This document shows positions 16,903 through 26,587 of a stretch of DNA of 64,000 nucleotides, piece after piece (positions within the stretch are counted from its first letter, which is position 1; every line of letters starts with the position of its first letter). The position numbers and the translations under genes were made by a program. Source of the stretch: Thermoplasmatota archaeon (GTDB lineage Archaea; Thermoplasmatota; E2; DHVEG-1); NCBI GenBank assembly GCA_025457885.1, contig JALOTN010000006.1:5635-69634 (forward strand). The letters run 5' to 3'. Under the pieces are notes generated by a model. That model was not told the origin of the DNA. It made no database searches and saw only the letters and a program-made list of their open reading frames with translations.

Positions 16903-17491
16903 GTGCTATCACATCCAGAAGCTGTTTCCTACTAATAGAACCTTCGCGGAGCACCCGGGGTGACTTCCCTGAGAGGTCAATGATTGTTGATGCGATTTCT
17001 TGTCTTCGTCCATCGTGGATGCAGACGGGGAATGATGTTTTCAGCTGCTGAAGAATCTCTGTCACGAGGCTTGGTGTCTTCATCTGATGAAGATTCGCAC
17101 TTGTGACCGTCAACGGACCAAAACTGCTGAGAAGCTCTAAGGCGATCGGGTGACGCGGCACCCGGATTGCTATGGTATCAGACCCACTTGTCAGCAGAGC
17201 AGGGATTTTCGGTTTTTTTTTCAGGATAATAGTCAGTTTCCCTGGCAAGAACCTCTCGCAAATGATCCAAGATTGTTCATTCATCCAAGCGATAGATTCA
17301 ATCTCTTCGATGGAGGCGACAGCGACAGGTAAGGGAATCGAATACGGTCGGTGTTTCATCGCAAACACTTTCTTGACCGCTGCTTCATTGAAGATGTCTG
17401 CACCCAAGGCATAGAGGGTGTCGGTCGGATAAAGAATGAGCTCTCCGTGTTTCAGCGCTTGGATTGCATTGGAGATATCGTTTTTTTTCAT
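16895..17491 (-). CDS. tsaC: L-threonylcarbamoyladenylate synthase (YrdC/Sua5 domain, TsaC)
   Basis: 198-aa YrdC fold with LYPTDTLYALGAD and SANLHQ. It overlaps map by 8 nt. Confidence 0.75.
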   Translation of the reverse strand: MKKNDISNAIQALKHGELILYPTDTLYALGADIFNEAAVKKVFAMKHRPYSIPLPVAVASIEEIESIAWMNEQSWIICERFLPGKLTIILKKKPKIPALLTSGSDTIAIRVPRHPIALELLSSFGPLTVTSANLHQMKTPSLVTEILQQLKTSFPVCIHDGRRQEIASTIIDLSGKSPRVLREGSISRKQLLDVIAHG

Positions 17492-17496
17492 GCGTC

Positions 17497-17988
17497 TTAC
17501 TTATCTGTTTTTATGAAATCACCAAGGGTGAATGTTGCAGCGGAGCCTTTCTGGGTTCCTGCTGGGACTTCTTTGACTTCTTCTAAAAGCCTGATGCTGA
17601 GTTCCTTTTCCAATTTTGCTATTGTCTGATCAGATGGCCGCAGGTCACCGTTTTCGAGTTTAGCGATTGTTACCGTCCGCTCCCCGATCTTGAACCCGAG
17701 TTCTTCCCGGCTGAGGCCTTTCTTTTTGCGGGCGTGTTCTATAAGATGGTTCCAGTCGTTCACCAGCTCTTTTTGCATCCCTTTGTCTTTGTAGATGTCC
17801 CGTTCGATGTTCAGGGTCTTCTTCAAGGGTGCTCGCTGGGGTTGTATTGGGCTGCTGGGTCGGGGTGGTTCTTGTTCCACGAATCCTTCCGCGTATTTCA
17901 TGCAGTCTGGGCAGACGAACATTTTCGCCCCATCGATGATTGCTTCTTTTCCTCCTTTACACTCTCTCCCACAAAGTTCACAAGGCAT
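17497..17988 (-). CDS. archaeal multiprotein bridging factor 1 (aMBF1; Zn ribbon + HTH_XRE)
   Basis: An N-terminal CxxC...CPDC zinc ribbon and a C-terminal HTH (LSREELGFKIGERTVTIAKLENG). Confidence 0.75.
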   Translation of the reverse strand: MPCELCGRECKGGKEAIIDGAKMFVCPDCMKYAEGFVEQEPPRPSSPIQPQRAPLKKTLNIERDIYKDKGMQKELVNDWNHLIEHARKKKGLSREELGFKIGERTVTIAKLENGDLRPSDQTIAKLEKELSIRLLEEVKEVPAGTQKGSAATFTLGDFIKTDK

Positions 17989-18019
17989 TAATAACGTCCC
18001 TCCATGAAGGTTTTCTTCG

Positions 18020-18892
18020 TTATAGCAATCCTGCCTTCTGCAGGACCATCAGATCCTCAGTGCTGAGTTTCTCTCCACGTTTGAACCGTTCGAAGATATC
18101 ATCAGCCTCTTTCTGAGCAGCAGACACGTCAGCTAATTTTTTCTTTTTCTCTTTCTTCTTTTCGCTGCTTGAGATGTTTTTCTCCAGTTCATGAATATTG
18201 TTCACATGGTCGATGAATTCTTTATGAAGTTTATCCGCCTCGATTTTTGTTACAACGATATTCTCCTGAATCTCCGTGGTGCGTTTCACAAGTTTATCCA
18301 GCTGTTTGAGCAACTCCAGCATCTCCTGGTGTTCCTCTTGTGCTTTCTTCGCCATCTTCTCAACAAGCTCATGTTGTTTCTCTGCTTTCTGCCGTGTCAG
18401 TTTCTCTTCCTCGATTGCTTTTTTCAGTTTGGGGTCTTTGTTGAGTTTCTCATCAGCTTCCTTTATCTTCAAGGCGATTCCTTTGATTGTCTCAATCAAT
18501 TTTTTTTCTTTCTGGGCAGACATGGGTTGAGTCATCTGCTCTGTTTCTAGTTTCCTGAGATATTGTTTCAACTCGTTGACGTTCACACCAGAATTCGACG
18601 CTCGTTCCCGTTCAAGCTCTTTGATTTGTTTTTTTAAATCAAGATGATGGGTTAAAAACTCGTTGCGCTGCTCTTTTGCATGCTTCACTCGTTCGTTATA
18701 CTCGTCACGTTTCTTCTTATGTTCACTGATCTGGTTACGCATCTGTCGAACCTTTGCGTTCAGCTCGTCGCGCTCGCGCGCCATTTTCTTGGATTGGTCA
18801 TGGAGCTGGTCCCTGCTTTTTTTCAAATGGTTCGCTTTCTCTTGCAGGTCGTCCTTTTTTCGGACCATGTCTTCTAGTGGTTCATCGTCCAT
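18020..18892 (-). CDS. archaeal coiled-coil protein (COG1340-like)
   Basis: 290 aa with K/E/R-rich heptad repeats. It is a paralogue of 27720..28616. Confidence 0.6.
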   Translation of the reverse strand: MDDEPLEDMVRKKDDLQEKANHLKKSRDQLHDQSKKMARERDELNAKVRQMRNQISEHKKKRDEYNERVKHAKEQRNEFLTHHLDLKKQIKELERERASNSGVNVNELKQYLRKLETEQMTQPMSAQKEKKLIETIKGIALKIKEADEKLNKDPKLKKAIEEEKLTRQKAEKQHELVEKMAKKAQEEHQEMLELLKQLDKLVKRTTEIQENIVVTKIEADKLHKEFIDHVNNIHELEKNISSSEKKKEKKKKLADVSAAQKEADDIFERFKRGEKLSTEDLMVLQKAGLL

Positions 18893-19047
18893 TTTCTGCC
18901 TCTTAGGTGACGGAAAAACACGGAGGTAAAATACTGGGTCTTTATTAAAAGCTTTCTGATAATTCTTCCGACTGCCTCCTGTCCTTCTTTTCTCTCGAAT
19001 GTTGAAAGTTTCTTATAAGAGTATCGGTCAATCGTTCGCATGGTTTT

Positions 19048-19584
19048 TTAGAGGAATTCGAATAAGGCCTCTGGATTTGGGTTTTTGATATGATGGTTTT
19101 TTGTTGAAAACATCGCATGCATCAGGGTGACCTTGGCAATCAGATTGGGGTATTTCTCTAATAATACCGAACTAAACTTTTTTGCATCCCGCAGCGACTT
19201 TGCTGTAAAGATGATCATCCAATCATATTCCCCATGGAGATAAAACCCATCCTCAATTAGGATTTCTAGTTTTTCGTATTCCTCGTCATACGATAAATGT
19301 GCTATTTTTTTAACAATCTCCTTGTCAACCTTGTTCATCGAACGTTTGATCAGTACGATATATCGGAGGCGCCCTTGTTTTTTCTCATCAGTAACCGCAG
19401 TATACCCCCAGATTATTCCCTCGTTCTCCAATCGTTTAATAATCCGTTGTACCTTCTGCTGAGAAAACCCACAGGATTTCGCAAGGGACTGCAGGGAGTC
19501 CTTGGAGTTTTTATGCAATGCTTTGACCACTAAAGTATCATCCTCGGAAAGAGATCCTGGGGTGTCCTTGGATTTCGGTTTCAT
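19048..19584 (-). CDS. lrp: Lrp/AsnC-family transcriptional regulator
   Basis: HTH (LSEDDTLVVKALHKNSKDSLQSLAKSCGFSQQKVQRIIKRLENEGII) plus a RAM domain (YIVLIK...EYDWMIIF). The internal ATG at 19584 gives the usual size, and a TATA-like TTTTAAAT lies about 25 nt upstream. The table ORF extends to 19692. Confidence 0.7.
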   Translation of the reverse strand: MKPKSKDTPGSLSEDDTLVVKALHKNSKDSLQSLAKSCGFSQQKVQRIIKRLENEGIIWGYTAVTDEKKQGRLRYIVLIKRSMNKVDKEIVKKIAHLSYDEEYEKLEILIEDGFYLHGEYDWMIIFTAKSLRDAKKFSSVLLEKYPNLIAKVTLMHAMFSTKNHHIKNPNPEALFEFL

Positions 19585-19736
19585 AAGGTACCAGTGAAGC
19601 ACAACCTCTCGGAATTTAAAAGAATTTCCTCTTGGTACATCATCCGTCCCCTCCCGAAGGTCCCTCAGTCTCTTGTTATATTTATATACCAATAAAAGAT
19701 TTCTTCTCAGATACCAAGAAAAAAAAGGAAGATACT

Positions 19737-20216
19737 ATGGTTGAGGAACCACCATATATAAAAAATGAAACCGAGGGTCTTGCCTGGAGAATATCCTTAT
19801 CTATCCTTGTCGCAGTCGGATGGCTTGTGTTTCTTCTCATCTGGCTTTTCTTTTATGCGAACCAGTATCCCTGGGAGAAGAATCTCGCAGTGGTCCTTCT
19901 TTCACTTCTCATCCTCGTTGGGATCCTTGGTGGGCCGTGGGCGTACTGGGCGTTCAAAAAACAAACACCCCCTGAGAAAAACATGTGGAGGCAGAAAGGA
20001 TTTCAATGGCGATTCTGGACCTCCCTTCTCATCGGACTTGCACTCATCTGCTTCCTCATCTATTGGTTCTGGACCTATGCTGCACCATATGATGTGTATC
20101 AGAATTTCGCTATCTTCATCATCACCCTGCTCATCGCAGCGGGTCTCACCGCAGCCATGTGGGTCCCCTGGGGCATGAAATACGGTCCTGACCAGAACCA
20201 ACGGAAGAAAGAATGA
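19737..20216 (+). CDS. hypothetical 4-TM membrane protein
   Basis: 159 aa from the ATG at 19737, with TATA TTTATATA about 50 nt upstream and four hydrophobic helices. It is transcribed divergently from lrp. Confidence 0.45.
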   Translation: MVEEPPYIKNETEGLAWRISLSILVAVGWLVFLLIWLFFYANQYPWEKNLAVVLLSLLILVGILGGPWAYWAFKKQTPPEKNMWRQKGFQWRFWTSLLIGLALICFLIYWFWTYAAPYDVYQNFAIFIITLLIAAGLTAAMWVPWGMKYGPDQNQRKKE

Positions 20217-20248
20217 TGTTCTTCCCCCTGTGATCCCCTCCTTTCGTG

Positions 20249-21031
20249 CTATCCGTTTTTCTTTCGTTTGTCTTGAAGGATGAAGAGACCATCGAGGAAG
20301 ACCGCAAGAATCCCTGTGATAAACACCATATCAAAGACGCTTGCTCCCCCGATCACCGCACTACGCAATGTTGGTGTCTCCTGCTGAAGCAGACTCATCA
20401 GATGTAACCCGTCTGCACCAATGAGGACCCCCAGAGTGCCGATGGAATATGCCAGTGGTGCTGCTTTCTTTTTCTCCCTCCAAACCAACGCCACAGACGT
20501 AATACTTGCGACAAGAATCGGTAGAATCCAATAGGGGAAAACGGAGACGATCCCCTTCTCAGGATCTGGGAATGTGACAAAAAAAGTAACAACCGTGACG
20601 ATACCAATCCCTAAAAAAACCTTCAGAAGTCGCAGGTGATTCTTCCATATAAGAAAACAACTCAATACTATAGGGATCACCGCGCCCCCTATGTTAATCC
20701 CAACTATCCAGTCCGTCTGATATTGAAACAATGGAATATTTGAGAGTGGTATCCCAAGATACTCATCGAGAAGGCCAGATCCTACTAAAAATGAAACAAA
20801 AACGATTAGGATAGCCTCCAGGGTGGAAAACCCCATATCGTTGAATGCCTTGGTAATAATTAGATATACAAAATATAGCACGAGGAGCGGGAGAAGCGCA
20901 AGGAGAAGATACTGCATGATTAGATCGATTATTATTGCACAAACGACCACCCGAGCCACCTTGAGTATTGAGATGAACGGATTCTTTATATACTTGCTGA
21001 GGCAAAAAACAAATGATTCTTTCTCCTCCAC
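20249..21031 (-). CDS. polytopic membrane protein (DUF1614-like?)
   Basis: 260 aa with at least 7 hydrophobic helices. The family call is a guess. Confidence 0.4.
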   Translation of the reverse strand: MEEKESFVFCLSKYIKNPFISILKVARVVVCAIIIDLIMQYLLLALLPLLVLYFVYLIITKAFNDMGFSTLEAILIVFVSFLVGSGLLDEYLGIPLSNIPLFQYQTDWIVGINIGGAVIPIVLSCFLIWKNHLRLLKVFLGIGIVTVVTFFVTFPDPEKGIVSVFPYWILPILVASITSVALVWREKKKAAPLAYSIGTLGVLIGADGLHLMSLLQQETPTLRSAVIGGASVFDMVFITGILAVFLDGLFILQDKRKKNG

Positions 21032-21172
21032 TGAAAGAGGGTTTTCAAAGAAAAAAAAGGAAATGATTCAAGGAGACTGGTTATTCCCCTTTTAGTGGAT
21101 ATTTTTATTACTATAATCGAAACATATATATAATGGCCAGTCATATAATCATTACATTCAAAGGGGGCAAAT

Positions 21173-24100
21173 ATGAGTAATACAAAATATTTTAAAAAGT
21201 CAAAAATTCAGGCAGTTGTCATAGCGCTCTTATTTGTAGGAACAGTACTTATCCCTATAAATAGCATCGCTGCGAACCCAACCTCACCAAATGATACCTC
21301 GAAAAAGAATTATTTTACAGAAGACAATGAAGGAACTTTCATCCTAGATCGAAGTTATTACCTGATGGATGAAAACCCAGCATCTATGGGCACTGCGGAC
21401 AATGATGACGCAGGATATAAGAAAGACGCTGGATTGGATCTCCCCAGATCCTTAGCCCTTTATCCAGGAGAACTGATCGATGAGACACCTGGTCGTGGGA
21501 GATTTGGGAAAATCTCTTCTACGGATAACAGCGATTGGTTTTTCTTCTCCGTCTGTCAAGGACAACAGATTGTCTTTACCGTCACACCACCCTCAGGGTT
21601 TGATGTAAACCTTTCCTTATGGACCTCCGCAGGAGTCATGATGACTTCCTCAAACAACTCCGGAAGTGTCCCAGAGACAATCACCTATACCGCCGCCTAT
21701 ACCGGAAAATGGTATATCTGGATTAAATACGTCAGTGGAAGCGGCACAGGAAGATACTCGTTTGCAGTAAGTTTCACAAATCAAAATGATGCGAACAGCG
21801 GTGCTGACGCCCCGAATGTTCGAACCTCCGCACTGCTCCTCACACCAGGGACCTATTTCGGATTCGTCGATATGAACGACCCCTATGACTGGTATAAGAT
21901 ACAAGCCACAACCGGTCAAGGCATCAACGTTTCATTAAAGATGAAGGACCTCTCGTATCTTACCGATTTTGATCTTCAACTATATAATCCAAGTGGTGCC
22001 CTCGTCTTCGAAGGCAACCAATACTACGATGATGTCTTCAGCTATCCAGCCGACGTCACGGGACAATGGAGCGTCCGTGTGGATATCTTCCCTGGATGGG
22101 TTGATTGTCCTGCACCAACCGAATGGAGTTACTACTCCTATGGTTCTGGAGCTTACAACCTGACCTTAAAACTAGATACCAGTGGAGTTACTCCACCTGG
22201 GCCAATCCCACAAAAGGACATCACCCCTATCGCGAAGACCTACAAGGTCGTTAATGATGCTTCCAGCACCAAAGATGACTTCGCATACCTTGCAGCAATC
22301 CCAGCTTGTAACTACCTTGATGGCGGTCAACGCTATGTAGCACCTATTATTTACACAGGAGACACCACACCAACTGCATACTACGATGATGAGACCTCCT
22401 TTGGGACCGTGGATGATACCACCCAGTACCTCGTTGATGATTGGAATACCTATCTTGCATTATTCGGTAAAACCCCAGAACAATATACCCTAGCAGCCGA
22501 CCCGATCCAAGCCGCAGCTGATATCGCCACACGAGATTGGACGTCTTCCCAAACCGCGGTAGTCGCCGTCGATGGATCTGGTTTTGAAGATACTGTAAAA
22601 ACCGTTCTGAAACGAACCGCGACCCTGAAACGACAGTCAAGTGTTGAGACCGTCACTGGAGATAGCACTAAAATAAGAAGTATTGGAGGGTCGTATGGAT
22701 ACCCGATTTTCCTTGGACCAAAATGGTGCGCCCTGAACGTCAGCATGTATGGAGCTGGAGGAGCAACCCCTACCATTGGTGCAATACTCCCCTTATACAT
22801 GACCATGGCACAGGATTGGTGGCCAATCCCCAACGATGAGACCGTGGGACCTAGAGATGACATGTTCTACCCCGTGAACCGCATGGGAATCTGGGTCGCT
22901 GGAACCGATATCGTCAACCCTGGATGGACCTTGAATGTCACAAAAATCGCTGGAGACCGCTATCGATTCAAGGTCGCCAATGCAGACTCCGTCATCAATG
23001 CAGTAATCACCACTACTGAAGCATCTGATTTGTTAGTCTTCCTCATCGACCCACAGGGTAACCTTCGAGCACCAACCATGCCCGCCTGGAATGGGCCCGT
23101 CAGTCCTATCCATGTCTGGAATGGACTGGAGAACCCACCATCTAACCCCTGGAGATGCTGGAGGCCTGCTCCTCACACAGAATTCTCCGCTGAAGTCCTC
23201 CACCCTGAGACAGGGTTATGGACCGCGATTGTCGTACCTCGTGATGTTGGTGGTTCTAATACGAAATATACTCTCACCGTCGATGTTCGAACCGTCAACT
23301 CTGACCGTTCTGATGCGGAGATCTCCGCTGCGAACGCGGCAGTGATTGCCTCATTGAACCACTACCCGTTACTCTATGTCAACGCGGATAGTATCCCTGC
23401 GGCAACCGCAAGTGCATTCACCACTCTTGGAGTCACCAAGGTTATTTTCGTTGAACGTGGGGAAATCGGCGCAGTCGTCCGAACAAGCCTTCCAACCGTC
23501 GAAAAGGACCTGAAGACCCAACAGGAAATTGTTGATGAGATTAAGAGCTACCCTGCTTCTGAAAACTATGTCACAGCCACCTCCACAAAGACTGGGGAAG
23601 GATACTTTGCCTCAGCAGCAATGCTTGCTGCATACCACGGTGCCCCCGTCATCCGAGTCGAGGATGCACCAGATGGTGATCCCGCTGCGGTCGCACAACG
23701 AATCCACACCTGGCAACGCTGGGATGGAGATTTCTACCATGGATCCCGATCCACAGGGCATCTCCCACAAGCAGATGCACCTGTTGAACAGAACAGACTC
23801 AAAGTCTACATGACCTTGATACGGTTCTTCCTTGGTCAAAACGTCTCAGTCCCACCCTATGGACTTGATGCGAAACGCTACTGGAATGAAGAGATGTACA
23901 CCAAATTCCACAACTACATCGTTAGCCTAGGTCTGGACCTTGACGGCCAAGAAGGATACGTCACCGTCGCACCACGAGACGACATCACCCTTGAATTACA
24001 CTCCGCTCTCATGGGAAACAACTCCTATGCTGGTGACATCCCTGGAATTACCCCAGCATATTCCAGTGACATTGTAGTCCGAAACATTCTCTACCCTGCA

Positions 24101-24892
24101 TTGATTTTCGCCAACCCCAACCGGAACACCACCACAACACAACTGATGAACTACCCGGATGGTGGCTCCTGGCGGACCAACGATGGGAAAACTACACCTT
24201 CCTTCTCTAGCCGGGACGTCAAGAACTCGTTTAGCTCCCATCTCAGGACCTATGAAGGTCACTGTCTCTGGGTCGCTCACCTTGAACGAATGAACGAAGG
24301 TGCCAGTGCCATGTATTACTCAGGGCATGGAACCGGAGGTAGCGGTGTTTCTGCCCAATATGTCCAAACAGAGCACTGTAACTATCCGGAGCAAATCTGG
24401 TGGGACGCCTGGCGTGGATACATGTTCGACAACTGGAAGACCTCTCGAGACACTGGGATGGTATGGTACAATGCAGAACCACCAACTCTCTACGATATCA
24501 TCCACTACAAATGGGTCGATCAGCTGTTGGAGAACCTCCGCAGTCAAGCAACCTTCTACATGTCCTGCACCAGTGCAGATGGAGACATGCCGATGATCTA
24601 CCTTGATCATGGGTCTGTCTGCGTGTATGGGAATGCTGGAACCGGGTTGTGCCCCGAGGCGGACTTACAGGATGACCTGTTCTTCAGAGACGTCATGATC
24701 GATGGAGAACCAATCGGTCCTGCCTACACAAAACAAGTCTGGCTGCACTTCAGAGACTTCACCACCAGTGACCCGACCGCGATGTATGGGACATCATCCA
24801 TGCAGGTCACCACGATTCAGTGTATCTATGGTGACCCAAGTCTCATCGTCTACAGTCCTGAGTGGACAGCACCAGTACCCATTGATGCGTAA
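21173..24892 (+). CDS. giant secreted protein: signal peptide + two PPC (pre-peptidase C-terminal) beta-sandwich domains + C-terminal gingipain(C25)-like catalytic-type domain
   Basis: 1239 aa. A GGGGG RBS precedes the start and a signal peptide is present. PPC-like blocks occur at aa ~100-200 and ~215-330 (DWYKI..., GxYxLxL). The C-terminal region carries YYSGHGTGG (His) and ATFYMSCTSADG (Cys), the clan CD dyad pattern. Confidence 0.6.
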   Translation: MSNTKYFKKSKIQAVVIALLFVGTVLIPINSIAANPTSPNDTSKKNYFTEDNEGTFILDRSYYLMDENPASMGTADNDDAGYKKDAGLDLPRSLALYPGELIDETPGRGRFGKISSTDNSDWFFFSVCQGQQIVFTVTPPSGFDVNLSLWTSAGVMMTSSNNSGSVPETITYTAAYTGKWYIWIKYVSGSGTGRYSFAVSFTNQNDANSGADAPNVRTSALLLTPGTYFGFVDMNDPYDWYKIQATTGQGINVSLKMKDLSYLTDFDLQLYNPSGALVFEGNQYYDDVFSYPADVTGQWSVRVDIFPGWVDCPAPTEWSYYSYGSGAYNLTLKLDTSGVTPPGPIPQKDITPIAKTYKVVNDASSTKDDFAYLAAIPACNYLDGGQRYVAPIIYTGDTTPTAYYDDETSFGTVDDTTQYLVDDWNTYLALFGKTPEQYTLAADPIQAAADIATRDWTSSQTAVVAVDGSGFEDTVKTVLKRTATLKRQSSVETVTGDSTKIRSIGGSYGYPIFLGPKWCALNVSMYGAGGATPTIGAILPLYMTMAQDWWPIPNDETVGPRDDMFYPVNRMGIWVAGTDIVNPGWTLNVTKIAGDRYRFKVANADSVINAVITTTEASDLLVFLIDPQGNLRAPTMPAWNGPVSPIHVWNGLENPPSNPWRCWRPAPHTEFSAEVLHPETGLWTAIVVPRDVGGSNTKYTLTVDVRTVNSDRSDAEISAANAAVIASLNHYPLLYVNADSIPAATASAFTTLGVTKVIFVERGEIGAVVRTSLPTVEKDLKTQQEIVDEIKSYPASENYVTATSTKTGEGYFASAAMLAAYHGAPVIRVEDAPDGDPAAVAQRIHTWQRWDGDFYHGSRSTGHLPQADAPVEQNRLKVYMTLIRFFLGQNVSVPPYGLDAKRYWNEEMYTKFHNYIVSLGLDLDGQEGYVTVAPRDDITLELHSALMGNNSYAGDIPGITPAYSSDIVVRNILYPALIFANPNRNTTTTQLMNYPDGGSWRTNDGKTTPSFSSRDVKNSFSSHLRTYEGHCLWVAHLERMNEGASAMYYSGHGTGGSGVSAQYVQTEHCNYPEQIWWDAWRGYMFDNWKTSRDTGMVWYNAEPPTLYDIIHYKWVDQLLENLRSQATFYMSCTSADGDMPMIYLDHGSVCVYGNAGTGLCPEADLQDDLFFRDVMIDGEPIGPAYTKQVWLHFRDFTTSDPTAMYGTSSMQVTTIQCIYGDPSLIVYSPEWTAPVPIDA

Positions 24893-24907
24893 AAACGCAT
24901 CACCCTC

Positions 24908-24946
24908 TTTTTTTCTTTTTTTTTTCTAACTTTTTTGTTTTTTTGA
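24908..24946 (+). terminator. multi-tract oligo-T terminator; A10 at 24985..24994 serves the convergent minus gene
   Basis: T7, T10, T6 and T7 runs lie within 55 nt after the stop at 24890..24892. Confidence 0.45.
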
Positions 24947-25003
24947 AAACACACCTGTGAATTACGAAGAAGAATTAAGCAAAAAAAAAATGGTAAAGAG
25001 ATG

Positions 25004-25411
25004 TTATCGTTGTTTTTTGAATTTATACCCGTAGTAGATCGCACCGGTTCTTCCGTCTTGTTGGATTTTCCTAAACGTGCTTTCGACTTTCATACCGATC
25101 TTAATCTCATCAAGGGGACAATCTACGATCTGCGCGGTTATCTGTGGCCCTTCCTCGAGTCTAATGATTGCGATGGGATAGGGTGTTTGCTCCTCAAAGC
25201 CGCTGGGACCGACATGAATAATACTATAGGTGATGACTTCTCCTTTCCCTGAGAATTTTAGGTCCTTCATTTTCCCGATGCTTTTCCGTCGACATATCGG
25301 ACAGGATTCCCGGGGTGGGAAAAACATCCTGCTGCAGACTTCACATTTGTTCCCCATGAAGTTATACCGCTGAGGGATCTCCCTCCAGAACCGTGCGACA
25401 CCTTCCTTCAT
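25004..25411 (-). CDS. DUF35 OB-fold/Zn-ribbon protein (scaffold of archaeal thiolase/HMG-CoA synthase complex)
   Basis: 135 aa with a CxxC...CxxC rubredoxin-like ribbon (CEVCSRMFFPPRESCPIC) plus an OB fold. It lies 2 nt downstream of the thiolase. Confidence 0.7.
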   Translation of the reverse strand: MKEGVARFWREIPQRYNFMGNKCEVCSRMFFPPRESCPICRRKSIGKMKDLKFSGKGEVITYSIIHVGPSGFEEQTPYPIAIIRLEEGPQITAQIVDCPLDEIKIGMKVESTFRKIQQDGRTGAIYYGYKFKKQR

Positions 25412-25413
25412 TG

Positions 25414-26580
25414 TTACATCCCCTCCATGATATGAACCACACAGGTTGCGCCTGAGCCGCCTACATTATGGGCAAGTCCGATTCTGGCGTCTTTGACTTG
25501 TCGTTTCCCCGCCTCATTTCGCAATTGTAAGGTGAGCTCTACGATTTGTGCGACACCGGTGGCACCTACCGGGTGGCCTTTTGCTTTCAGACCCCCGCTT
25601 GTATTCACCGGTAAGGAACCGTCCATGGTCGTGATTTTATTATCAATGGCGGTGCCGCCTTTTCCTTTTTCGATAAAACCAAGGTCTTCAATAGCACATA
25701 TCTCTGCGATGGTGAAACAATCATGGACTTCTGCAAAATCAATGTCTTTCGGAGTGACATTCGCCTGATTATAGGCCATTTTCGCGGCATGAACCGTTGC
25801 ATCAAGAGTACAGATGTCTCGTCGTCCATGGAGCGCAAGCGTGTCAGATGCTTGTCCTGAGCCGATAATTTTCACTGGTTTATCGGTGAATTTTTTTGCT
25901 TTATCCGCTGCACAGAGGACTACAGAGGCTGCCCCATCGCTGACCGGGGAGCAATCCATAAGACCTAAGGGGTAGGCCACCATGGTTGCTTTCATCACGG
26001 ATTCAAGGGATATCGCGGATTGATATTGTGCATAGGGATTGTTGACGCCATTGGCATGATTCTTGACTGCCACCTGGGCGAGTTGTTGTTTGGTCGTCCC
26101 ATATTCATGCATGTGTCGGGTGGCGATCATCGCATAAATACCCGGGAATGTCGCTCCGAAGAATGCTTCCCATTCCTGGTCGGATGCAGCTGCGAGGATA
26201 TCAGTTGCTTCTGATCCTCCGACATCATTCATTTTCTCGATACCTCCGACGACGACCACATCGTTGATACCTGAGGCAATCGAAAGATATCCTTCTCGTA
26301 TCGCAAGGCTGCCAGATGCACACGCTCCTTCGACACGGGTCGCAGGGATATGAAGTTGGGAAAATCCTGAGACTTCCGCGACGAGTGCTCCGATGTGTTC
26401 CTGGTCGACGAACCGTCCAGAACTCATAGATCCGACATAGAGGGCATCAATGTCTTTTCCTTCTATTTTCGCATCTAGGATTGCTTTCGAGCCGGCTTCT
26501 GCGATGAGCTGACGAAATGATTTATCCCACAGTTCACCAAATTTCGTTAATCCTACTCCGATGACTGCTACATCTCTCAT
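25414..26580 (-). CDS. acetyl-CoA C-acetyltransferase (archaeal thiolase)
   Basis: 388 aa. The thiolase active-site Cys lies in VEGACASGS and the C-terminal GHPVGATG block is present. Confidence 0.8.
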   Translation of the reverse strand: MRDVAVIGVGLTKFGELWDKSFRQLIAEAGSKAILDAKIEGKDIDALYVGSMSSGRFVDQEHIGALVAEVSGFSQLHIPATRVEGACASGSLAIREGYLSIASGINDVVVVGGIEKMNDVGGSEATDILAAASDQEWEAFFGATFPGIYAMIATRHMHEYGTTKQQLAQVAVKNHANGVNNPYAQYQSAISLESVMKATMVAYPLGLMDCSPVSDGAASVVLCAADKAKKFTDKPVKIIGSGQASDTLALHGRRDICTLDATVHAAKMAYNQANVTPKDIDFAEVHDCFTIAEICAIEDLGFIEKGKGGTAIDNKITTMDGSLPVNTSGGLKAKGHPVGATGVAQIVELTLQLRNEAGKRQVKDARIGLAHNVGGSGATCVVHIMEGM

Positions 26581-26587
26581 TTTTTTT

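Noticed and set aside
18191-18929. Four plus-strand ORFs (84-119 aa) inside the coiled-coil gene
   Set aside because: They are antisense to a confidently coiled-coil K/E-rich gene. The translations are F/L/S/C-rich low-complexity sequence with no motif, so they are phantom ORFs produced by stop-poor antisense frames.
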